From a virus (lineage: Duplodnaviria > Heunggongvirae > Uroviricota > Caudoviricetes): 6,905 bases of DNA. Both the position numbers and the translations under genes were made by a program. Shown here piece by piece: positions 1 through 6,905 of the stretch. Under the pieces are notes generated by a model. That model was given only the letters and a program-made list of their open reading frames with translations, made no database searches and was not told the DNA's origin. Each line of letters begins with the position of its first letter. Positions within the stretch are counted from its first letter, which is position 1. The stretch is from the IMG/VR virus record IMGVR_UViG_2526164632_000019; one strand, given 5' to 3'.

Positions 1-113
1 CAAAAACAGTGTTATGGGTGGATTCTCTGTATCCGGCGTTAATTGTTAACTGGTTAACGTCACCTGGAGGCACCAGGCACCACATCACAAAATTCATTGT
101 TGAGGACGCGATA

Positions 114-302
114 ATGGAAACGTTATTACCAAACGTTAATACGTCTGAAGGTTGTTTTGAAATTGGTGTCACTATCAGTAACCCTGTATTTACTGAAGAT
201 GCCATTAACAAGAGAAAACACGAACGGGAGTTATTAAATAAAATATGCATTCTTTCAATGCTGGCCCGTTTACGTCCGATACAAAAAGGATGCTGGCAAT
301 GA
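114..302 (+). CDS. Small hypothetical protein (62 aa) in the prophage early-left region. The reading frame is open back to the window edge, so it may instead be the C-terminus of a longer gene starting upstream of the window.
   Basis: ATG at 114 preceded by GAGGA (102-106) at about 8 nt spacing; stop TGA at 300-302 overlaps the ATG of the next ORF (ATGA overlap). Same strand as the downstream prophage genes. No recognisable motif. Confidence 0.4.
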   Translation: METLLPNVNTSEGCFEIGVTISNPVFTEDAINKRKHERELLNKICILSMLARLRPIQKGCWQ

Positions 303-490
303 ATACAGCATTTGCACTTGTTCTGACAGTTTTTCTTGTTTCCGGAGAGCCAGTTGATATTGCAGTCAGTGTTCACAGGACAATGCAGGAGTGTGTGACT
401 GCAGCAACCGAACAGAAAATTCCCGGTAACTGTTACCCGGTCGATAAAGTTATTCACCAGGATAATAACGAAATCCCGGCAGGTCTTTAA
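299..490 (+). CDS. Small hypothetical protein (63 aa) with a hydrophobic N-terminus (MNTAFALVLTVFLVSG), possibly a signal peptide or membrane anchor, and two Cys residues; common small prophage protein type.
   Basis: ATG at 299 overlaps the stop of the upstream ORF (translational coupling); AGGA at 286-289 upstream. The hydrophobic stretch followed by a polar region with two Cys is read directly from the translation. Start choice between 290 and 299 is uncertain. Confidence 0.5.
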   Translation: MNTAFALVLTVFLVSGEPVDIAVSVHRTMQECVTAATEQKIPGNCYPVDKVIHQDNNEIPAGL

Positions 491-582
491 AACAGTTCCG
501 TAATAAACATCCGGTTTCATTCTTATATGCCAGCAATGGCAGGGATTTGTTCACCATTAAATCTGTAATGAGGTAAGACAAA

Positions 583-3054
583 ATGAGTAAAGTCTTTATT
601 TGCGCCGCCATTCCGGACGAACAGGCAATAAAGGAAGAAGGTGCAGTCGCTGTAGCCACTGCCATTGAAGCCGGTGATGAATGTCGCGCCCGCGCAAAAT
701 TTCACTGGCAATTCCTGGAACATTATCCGGCTGCTCAGGACTGCGCTTATAAATTTATTGTCTGCGAGGATAAACCTGGCATACCCCGCCCTGCCCTCGA
801 TTCATGGGATGCTGAATATATGCAGGAAAACCGCTGGGATGAGGAGTCTGCTTCTTTTGTCCCGGTTGAGACTGAATCCGATCCGATGAACGTCACTTTT
901 GACAAGCTGGCCCCTGAAGTACAGAACGCTGTCATGGTTAAGTTCGACACATGTGAAAACATCACCGTTGATATGGTTATTAGCGCACAGGAATTGTTGC
1001 AGGAAGACATGGCAACATTCGACGGACATATCGTTGAAGCGTTGATGAAAATGCCAGAAGTTAACGCCATGTATCCGGAGCTTAAGTTGCACGCCATTGG
1101 GTGGGTTAAGCATAAATGTATTCCTGGTGCTAAATGGCCCGAAATTCAGGCAGAGATGCGCATCTGGAAAAAACGTCGCGAAGGTGAACGCAAGGAAACC
1201 GGAAAATACACGTCTGTTGTTGATCTCGCCCGCGCCAGAGCCAATCAACAGTACACTGAAAATTCAACAGGAAAAATCAGCCCGGTCATTGCTGCCATTC
1301 ATCGCGAATACAAGCAGACATGGAAAACACTGGATGACGAACTGGCCTACGCTCTCTGGCCTGGTGATGTGGATGCCGGAAACATTGACGGCAGCATCCA
1401 TCGCTGGGCAAAAAATGAAGTTATCGACAACGGCCGCGAAGACTGGAAGCGTATCTCGGCATCAATGCGCAAACAGCCTGATGCCCTTCGCTACGACCGC
1501 CAGACTATTTTTGGCCTTGTCCGTGAACGTCCGATCGACATTCACAAAGATCCCGTAGCACTGAACAAATATATCTGCGAATACCTGACGACAAAGGGCG
1601 TGTTTGAGAATGAAGAAACAGACCTGGGCACTGTTGATGTTCTCCAGTCATCAGAAACACAAACTGATGCAGTGGAAACTGAGGTATCTGATATCCCAAA
1701 AAATGAAACCGCGCCGGAAGCTGAACCATCTGTAGAGCGTGAGGGGCCGTTCTACTTCCTCTTCACCGACAAGGATGGCGAAAAATACGGTCGCGCAAAC
1801 AAACTTTCTGGTCTGGATAAGGCGCTGTCTGCTGGGGCTACTGAAATCACGAAAGAAGAATATTTCGCCCGCAAAAACGGTACATACTCAGGTTCACAAC
1901 AAAATACTGGTGCATCTGACACGACCGCACAACCAGGGCCGGTAAAAGTTACCGCTGACGAAGTAAACAAAATTATGCAGGCAGCCAATATCAGCCAGCC
2001 TGACGCCGATAAGTTACTTGCTGTATCGCGTGGTGAATTTGTTGAGGGGATTAGCGCCCCTAATGATCCGAAATGGGTCAAGGGGATCCAGACTCGCGAT
2101 TCTGTGAACCAGAACCAGCATGAATCGGAACGGAACTACCAAAAAGCGGAACAAAACAGCCCAAATGCGTTACAAAACGAGCCAGAAACGAAACAACCTG
2201 AACCAGTAGTGCAACAGGAACCGGAAAAGATCTGCACCGCCTGCGGTCAGAGCGGTGGCGGCAACTGCCCTGATTGTGGTGCGGTGATGGGTGACGCAAC
2301 ATACCAGGAAATATTCGATGGAGAGAATCAGCCTGAAGTTCAGGAAAATGATCCGGAGGAAATGGAAGGCACTGCGCATCAGCACAAGGAGAACACTGGC
2401 GGCAATCAGCATCATGCCAGCGATAGTGAAACTGGCGAGGCGTCAGATCCCTTAATTAAGGCGAACGGTCATCATAATCTCACATCCACCAGCAGAGCGG
2501 GGATTCATCTGATGATCGACCTTGAAACCATGGGAAAAAATCCCGATGCCCCGATTATCTCAATAGGTGCAATATTTTTCGATCCGCAAACCGGAGATAT
2601 GGGACCGGAATTTAGTAAGACTATCGATCTGGAAACTGCTGGCGGAGTCATTGATCGGGACACCATTAAATGGTGGCTTAAACAATCACGCGAAGCGCAA
2701 TCTGCCATTATGGCCGATGAAATCCCGTTAGATGATGCACTGTTACAATTGCGGGAATTTATCGACGAAAACTCCGGTGAATTTTTTGTTCATGTCTGGG
2801 GAAATGGAGCCAACTTCGACAACACGATTTTGCGCCGTTCATACGAACGGCAGGGGATCCCCTGCCCGTGGCGTTACTACAACGATCGCGATGTACGCAC
2901 AATCGTTGAGCTGGGGAAAGCCATAGACTTCGATGCCAGAACGGCTATTCCATTCGAAGGTGAGCGCCATAATGCACTTGATGACGCCCGTTACCAGGCA
3001 AAATACGTTTCAGCTATCTGGCAAAAACTGATCCCGAGTCAGGCTGATTTTTAA
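583..3054 (+). CDS. Prophage multidomain nuclease (823 aa): uncharacterised N-terminal domain, acidic linkers, CxxC-x8-CxxC zinc knuckle, and C-terminal DEDDh (DnaQ-like) 3'-5' exonuclease domain. Probably the type of protein often annotated as exodeoxyribonuclease VIII-like in lambdoid prophages.
   Basis: Uninterrupted 2472-nt ORF with GAGGT RBS about 8 nt upstream of ATG 583. C-terminal motifs read from the translation: Exo I MIDLETMG (D646, E648; nt 2518-2526), Exo II HVWGNGANFD (D746), Exo III HNALDD (H796, D801; nt 2968-2985). Zinc knuckle CTAC...CPDC at residues 551-566 (nt 2233-2280). It sits immediately upstream of xis-int, where lambda exo and Rac recE lie. Confidence 0.85.
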   Translation: MSKVFICAAIPDEQAIKEEGAVAVATAIEAGDECRARAKFHWQFLEHYPAAQDCAYKFIVCEDKPGIPRPALDSWDAEYMQENRWDEESASFVPVETESDPMNVTFDKLAPEVQNAVMVKFDTCENITVDMVISAQELLQEDMATFDGHIVEALMKMPEVNAMYPELKLHAIGWVKHKCIPGAKWPEIQAEMRIWKKRREGERKETGKYTSVVDLARARANQQYTENSTGKISPVIAAIHREYKQTWKTLDDELAYALWPGDVDAGNIDGSIHRWAKNEVIDNGREDWKRISASMRKQPDALRYDRQTIFGLVRERPIDIHKDPVALNKYICEYLTTKGVFENEETDLGTVDVLQSSETQTDAVETEVSDIPKNETAPEAEPSVEREGPFYFLFTDKDGEKYGRANKLSGLDKALSAGATEITKEEYFARKNGTYSGSQQNTGASDTTAQPGPVKVTADEVNKIMQAANISQPDADKLLAVSRGEFVEGISAPNDPKWVKGIQTRDSVNQNQHESERNYQKAEQNSPNALQNEPETKQPEPVVQQEPEKICTACGQSGGGNCPDCGAVMGDATYQEIFDGENQPEVQENDPEEMEGTAHQHKENTGGNQHHASDSETGEASDPLIKANGHHNLTSTSRAGIHLMIDLETMGKNPDAPIISIGAIFFDPQTGDMGPEFSKTIDLETAGGVIDRDTIKWWLKQSREAQSAIMADEIPLDDALLQLREFIDENSGEFFVHVWGNGANFDNTILRRSYERQGIPCPWRYYNDRDVRTIVELGKAIDFDARTAIPFEGERHNALDDARYQAKYVSAIWQKLIPSQADF

Positions 3055-3069
3055 TGTTCAACCCTAATT

Positions 3070-3095
3070 GCCGCTAACCGTATATAGTTAGCGGC
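3070..3095. repeat. Perfect 9-bp inverted repeat (GCCGCTAAC / GTTAGCGGC) with an 8-nt AT-rich spacer, in the gap between the nuclease gene and the xis-like gene.
   Basis: Read directly: 3070-3078 gccgctaac, spacer cgtatata, 3087-3095 gttagcggc. No downstream T-tract, so it does not look like an intrinsic terminator; more likely a protein-binding palindrome or an RNA hairpin. Confidence 0.5.
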
Positions 3096-3112
3096 GGTTA
3101 TGAGATATAGCT

Positions 3113-3316
3113 ATGAGCAGCTTATTTTTAACCGAAGATGAATTGCTAATATTAACGGGCTGCAAATATGCAAGCCACCAGCGAAAATGGTTAATGGAAA
3201 ACGGGCTTCCGTTCTATACCAATCGTAGTGGCAAACCGATTGTCAGCCGGGAGCTATTTACCTGCAATAAAACTTTACCACCACGCGAGGTAGAGCCGAA
3301 TTTTGGTGCGATCTGA
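3113..3316 (+). CDS. Small excisionase-like / DUF4224-type protein (67 aa) typically found immediately upstream of lambdoid integrases.
   Basis: The motif LTEDELLILTGCKYASHQRKWLMENGLPFYTNRSGKPIV matches my memory of the DUF4224 pattern. Its TGA stop overlaps the integrase ATG (TGATG at 3314-3318), indicating translational coupling. Confidence 0.7.
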   Translation: MSSLFLTEDELLILTGCKYASHQRKWLMENGLPFYTNRSGKPIVSRELFTCNKTLPPREVEPNFGAI

Positions 3317-4340
3317 TGGGAAGACGAAGGAAAAATCCTGAACACGAAAAATTACCTCCAAATGTATACCCAAATAAATATAGTTATGTATGGAAACCAA
3401 CATCCAGAGAATCTGTAACACTAACCGCCATCAAGGATGGTTTAGCTGCTTTATGGAAAAAGTATGAGGAAACTGTAAATAATCGCGATCGTGCAATGAC
3501 ATTCGGTCGCTTGTGGGAAAAATTCCTCGCCAGCGCCTATTACAGTGACCTCAGTCCAAGAACACAAAAAGATTATCTGCAACATCAAAAAAAGTTGCTT
3601 GCCGTATTCGGTAAGGTGCCGGCAGATTCCATAAAACCAGAACACATCCGTCGATACATGGACAAGAGAGGGGAGCAGAGTAAAACGCAAGCCAACCATG
3701 AAAAAAGCAGTATGTCCCGCGTTTACAGTTGGGGGTATGAGCGAGGGTACGTGAAGGGTAACCCATGTGCAGGTGTAAGTAAATTCAAGGCCAAAAACCG
3801 CGAACGATATGTAACCGACAAAGAATACCAGGCAGTATTAAGCGTTGCACCTCTTCCTGTTTTTATCGCAATGGAAATTGCCTATCTGTGTGCAGCGAGG
3901 GTTTCCGATGTGTTATCGCTGAAATGGGAGCAGATTGGAAACGACGGGATCTTTATCCAGCAAGGGAAAACAGGAAAAAACAGATAAAAGCATGGAGTCC
4001 ACGATTACAGGCGGCGATCGAAAAAGCAAAACAGTTACCAACATCCGCCTATGTAATCAGCAATCAATACGGCAACCGATATATGTACAAAGGCTTTAAC
4101 GAAATGTGGGTAGAAGCAAGAAATCGCGCAGGCAAAATTTCAGGTATTTTAACCGACTTCACCTTTCATGATCTGAAGGCGAAAGGAATTTCAGACTATG
4201 AAGGAAGCAGTCGGGATAAGCAACTTTTCTCTGGTCACAAAACCGAGGGGCAAGTGCTAATCTATGACAGGAAGGTTAAAGTTTCACCGACACTTGATGT
4301 CCCGTTACCTGAAAATATTCCAAGAAAATATTCCAAGTAA
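3316..4340 (+). pseudogene. int: Lambda-type tyrosine integrase with N-terminal arm-binding domain, disrupted by a -1 frameshift in an A6 run (3975-3980).
   Basis: Frame A (3316-3987) ends ...IFIQQGKTGKNR*; frame B continues ...KKQIKAWSPRLQAAIEK... to the stop at 4340. Adding one A to the A6 run would join them as ...QGKTGKKQIKAWSP.... The C-terminal box FHDLKAKG...GHKTEGQVLIYDRK carries the catalytic His and Tyr (Y at 4263-4265). The gene lies next to the tRNA-Ser 3' end. Confidence 0.85.
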
Positions 4341-4347
4341 TTCCAAG
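4311..4347. repeat. Tandem direct repeats (AAAATATTCCAAG twice, then TAATTCCAAG) overlapping the integrase 3' end; candidate integrase arm-type binding sites.
   Basis: ATTCCAAG occurs at 4317-4324, 4330-4337 and 4340-4347, about 45-80 bp from the tRNA-Ser 3' end (4393). The position is analogous to the lambda P' arm sites, which overlap the int C-terminus. Confidence 0.45.
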
Positions 4348-4392
4348 TGTGATTTTTGTCACTGACTTAATGATGTATAAGTGATTGAATTT

Positions 4393-4482
4393 TGGCGGAG
4401 AGAGGGGGATTTGAACCCCCGGTGGAGTTGCCCCCACTCCGGTTTTCGAGACCGGTCCGTTCAGCCGCTCCGGCATCTCTCC
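4393..4482 (-). tRNA. serU: tRNA-Ser, anticodon CGA, 90 nt with long variable arm; integration target of the adjacent prophage.
   Basis: Reverse complement reads GGAGAGATGCCGGAGCGGCTGAACGGACCGGTCTCGAAAACCGGAGTGGGGGCAACTCCACCGGGGGTTCAAATCCCCCTCTCTCCGCCA. Acceptor stem GGAGAGA/TCTCTCC, anticodon loop CUCGAAA, 3' CCA encoded. Matches my recollection of E. coli serU and its position next to mtfA. Confidence 0.95.
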
Positions 4483-4575
4483 GTTCAGATGGTTGCCATG
4501 ATGCCAGGAAATTTGGCATTTTAACAGTCCCTGTCCGTGCAATTTTGTTCAAGTGACGAGTTTGCGAGCAAAACG

Positions 4576-5373
4576 ATGATTAAGTGGCCCTGGAAAGTAC
4601 AAGAATCAGCACATCAAACTGCCCTTCCCTGGCAGGAAGCACTATCGATCCCCCTTTTAACGTGTCTGACGGAACAGGAACAAAGCAAATTAGTCACTCT
4701 TGCCGAACGTTTTTTACAGCAAAAGCGGCTTGTTCCTTTACAGGGCTTTGAACTGGATTCATTAAGAAGCTGCCGGATAGCACTTCTATTTTGCCTACCC
4801 GTTCTGGAGTTAGGACTGGAATGGCTGGATGGTTTTCATGAAGTCTTAATTTATCCTGCGCCATTTGTGGTCGATGATGAATGGGAAGACGATATCGGTC
4901 TGGTGCATAACCAACGTATTGTTCAGTCAGGTCAGAGCTGGCAGCAAGGGCCTATCGTTTTGAACTGGTTGGATATACAAGATTCTTTTGATGCTTCTGG
5001 TTTTAACCTGATTATTCATGAAGTCGCTCATAAGCTGGACACCCGTAACGGCGATCGCGCCAGCGGAGTTCCCTTTATTCCGTTGCGTGAGGTTGCTGGC
5101 TGGGAACACGATCTTCATGCTGCAATGAACAACATTCAGGAAGAAATCGAATTGGTTGGCGAGAATGCGGCGAGCATTGATGCTTATGCTGCCAGTGATC
5201 CTGCTGAATGTTTTGCCGTACTTTCTGAATATTTCTTTAGCGCCCCAGAACTTTTTGCTCCTCGTTTCCCTTCATTGTGGCAACGTTTCTGCCAATTTTA
5301 TCAACAAGATCCTTTGCAGAGACTGCATCGCACTAATGATACAGACTCGTTTTCGGCGACGAATGTTCATTAA
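4576..5373 (+). CDS. mtfA: MtfA (YeeI), Mlc titration factor A, a zinc-dependent peptidase-like protein (265 aa).
   Basis: Translation begins [14 protein letters not shown]... and contains the HEXXH motif (HEVAHKLD). Conserved position between serU and asnT as in E. coli K-12. The ORF track starts at an upstream GTG (4537); the ATG at 4576 gives the 265-aa product. Confidence 0.93.
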
Positions 5374-5427
5374 TTAACAACTTTGCAGATTAATTAACCA
5401 ATTGAAATGACTTATGAAATTTAGTGT

Positions 5428-5456
5428 TGACAGACAAGGTACCGCTAAGTAATATG
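5428..5456 (+). promoter_or_regulatory. Near-consensus sigma-70 promoter for asnT (-35 TTGACA, 17-bp spacer, -10 TAATAT, GC-rich discriminator).
   Basis: TTGACA at 5428-5433, TAATAT at 5451-5456, followed by GCGCCCC; the mature tRNA begins at 5474. Typical architecture of a stringently controlled tRNA promoter. Confidence 0.6.
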
Positions 5457-5473
5457 CGCCCCGTTCACACGAT

Positions 5474-5549
5474 TCCTCTGTAGTTCAGTCGGTAGAACGG
5501 CGGACTGTTAATCCGTATGTCACTGGTTCGAGTCCAGTCAGAGGAGCCA
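5474..5549 (+). tRNA. asnT: tRNA-Asn, anticodon GUU, 76 nt.
   Basis: TCCTCTGTAGTTCAGTCGGTAGAACGGCGGACTGTTAATCCGTATGTCACTGGTTCGAGTCCAGTCAGAGGAGCCA. Acceptor stem TCCTCTG/CAGAGGA, anticodon loop CUGUUAA, encoded CCA. Confidence 0.97.
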
Positions 5550-5638
5550 AATTCTAAAAATTCGCTTTTTTAGCGCAATGTCACTGACCTTAGTTGAACA
5601 TTGTTTTTTAACGGATAGCGGGTTTTTAACATCTTAAG

Positions 5639-5669
5639 CGCCCTCGACCTTTATGGTTGAGGGCGTTTT
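5639..5669 (+). terminator. Probable intrinsic terminator downstream of asnT.
   Basis: GC-rich stem CGCCCTCGA (5639-5647) pairing with TTGAGGGCG (5657-5665, one G-U pair), a short loop, then TTTT (5666-5669). Confidence 0.5.
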
Positions 5670-5862
5670 GCTATGAACGCCATCACCATTTTCCCCTCGA
5701 TTATAAAACTTGAGTTATTCAGTAGTCTCCCCTCTTGCAACTCACACCCAAAACTGCCTAACGAAAAGTTATTAATTTTCAATCATATTGCTATCAGGAT
5801 TTACATTTTTTCGCTGTGCTAGAAAGGGCGCATTTATGTTAGCTCGTTCAGGGAAGGTAAGC

Positions 5863-6905
<1,043 letters not shown>

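Noticed and set aside
114-490. The two coupled small ORFs as a toxin-antitoxin pair
   Set aside because: Coupling and size are compatible, but neither peptide shows a recognisable toxin or antitoxin motif (no HTH, RHH or RelE/ParE-like features); kept only as a low-confidence hypothesis in the findings.
450-723. Minus-strand ORFs 450-665 and 523-723 spanning the gap upstream of the nuclease gene
   Set aside because: They overlap the start of the nuclease gene and the end of the second small ORF on the opposite strand and have no convincing start context; the gap more likely holds the nuclease RBS and promoter.
747-2708. Several minus-strand ORFs of 67-148 aa (747-1097, 802-1248, 1505-1729, 1752-2081, 2078-2302, 2170-2415, 2505-2708) and plus-strand alternative-frame ORFs inside the 823-aa gene
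   Set aside because: All lie entirely within the long, well-supported nuclease ORF, have no RBS-like sequence and give low-complexity or odd composition; they are typical shadow ORFs.
3070-3095. Hairpin after the nuclease gene as a Rho-independent terminator
   Set aside because: The stem is perfect but is followed by GGTTATGAG rather than a U-tract, so it is called a palindrome of unknown role instead.
1-4392. Interpretation of the island as a P4-like satellite or a dedicated defence island
   Set aside because: The integrase is lambda-type with an Xis-like partner, and the gene order (small ORFs, exonuclease, xis, int, att) is lambdoid; I see no P4 hallmark such as a primase-helicase or Psu/Delta/Sid-like proteins, and no ATPase, methyltransferase or other recognisable defence signature.
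4276-4552. Minus-strand ORFs 4276-4542 and 4367-4552
   Set aside because: They run straight through the tRNA-Ser gene and the integrase 3' end; the tRNA call explains this region.
5156-5377. Plus-strand 73-aa ORF overlapping the 3' end of mtfA in another frame
   Set aside because: Fully embedded in mtfA, which is a confidently identified conserved gene.
5556-5580. Possible terminator directly after asnT (ttcgcttttttagcg)
   Set aside because: Only a 3-bp potential stem; the convincing terminator is the GC-rich hairpin plus T-tract at 5639-5669.

Overview
This window looks like an Escherichia coli-type chromosomal segment around serU-mtfA-asnT-yeeJ, with two horizontally acquired insertions. 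No BLAST or HMM search was possible; all calls come from reading the sequence and from remembered family features.

- **Prophage remnant (1..~4392):** the integrase-proximal end of a lambdoid (Rac-like) prophage inserted at the 3' end of tRNA-Ser(CGA). It is visibly more AT-rich than the flanking core genes. It carries two translationally coupled small ORFs, an 823-aa multidomain nuclease, a small Xis-like gene coupled to the integrase, and a lambda-type tyrosine integrase broken by a frameshift in an A6 run. The prophage continues beyond the left edge of the window.
- **Core genes:** tRNA-Ser(CGA) on the minus strand, mtfA, and tRNA-Asn(GUU) with a near-consensus promoter and a downstream terminator.
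- **yeeJ:** the 5' end of this inverse-autotransporter adhesin gene is disrupted twice, by a 1-bp frameshift inside its LysM motif and by an IS21-family (IS100-like) element whose istA gene runs off the right edge.

The most interesting object is the 823-aa nuclease. It has a C-terminal DEDDh (DnaQ-like) 3'-5' exonuclease domain with all catalytic residues, a CxxC-x8-CxxC zinc knuckle, acidic linkers and an N-terminal domain I cannot place. It sits where lambdoid phages carry exo/recE, but no annealase gene follows it. I do not see a compelling multi-gene defence system here; the window reads as a decaying prophage end plus IS-mediated pseudogenisation of an adhesin.
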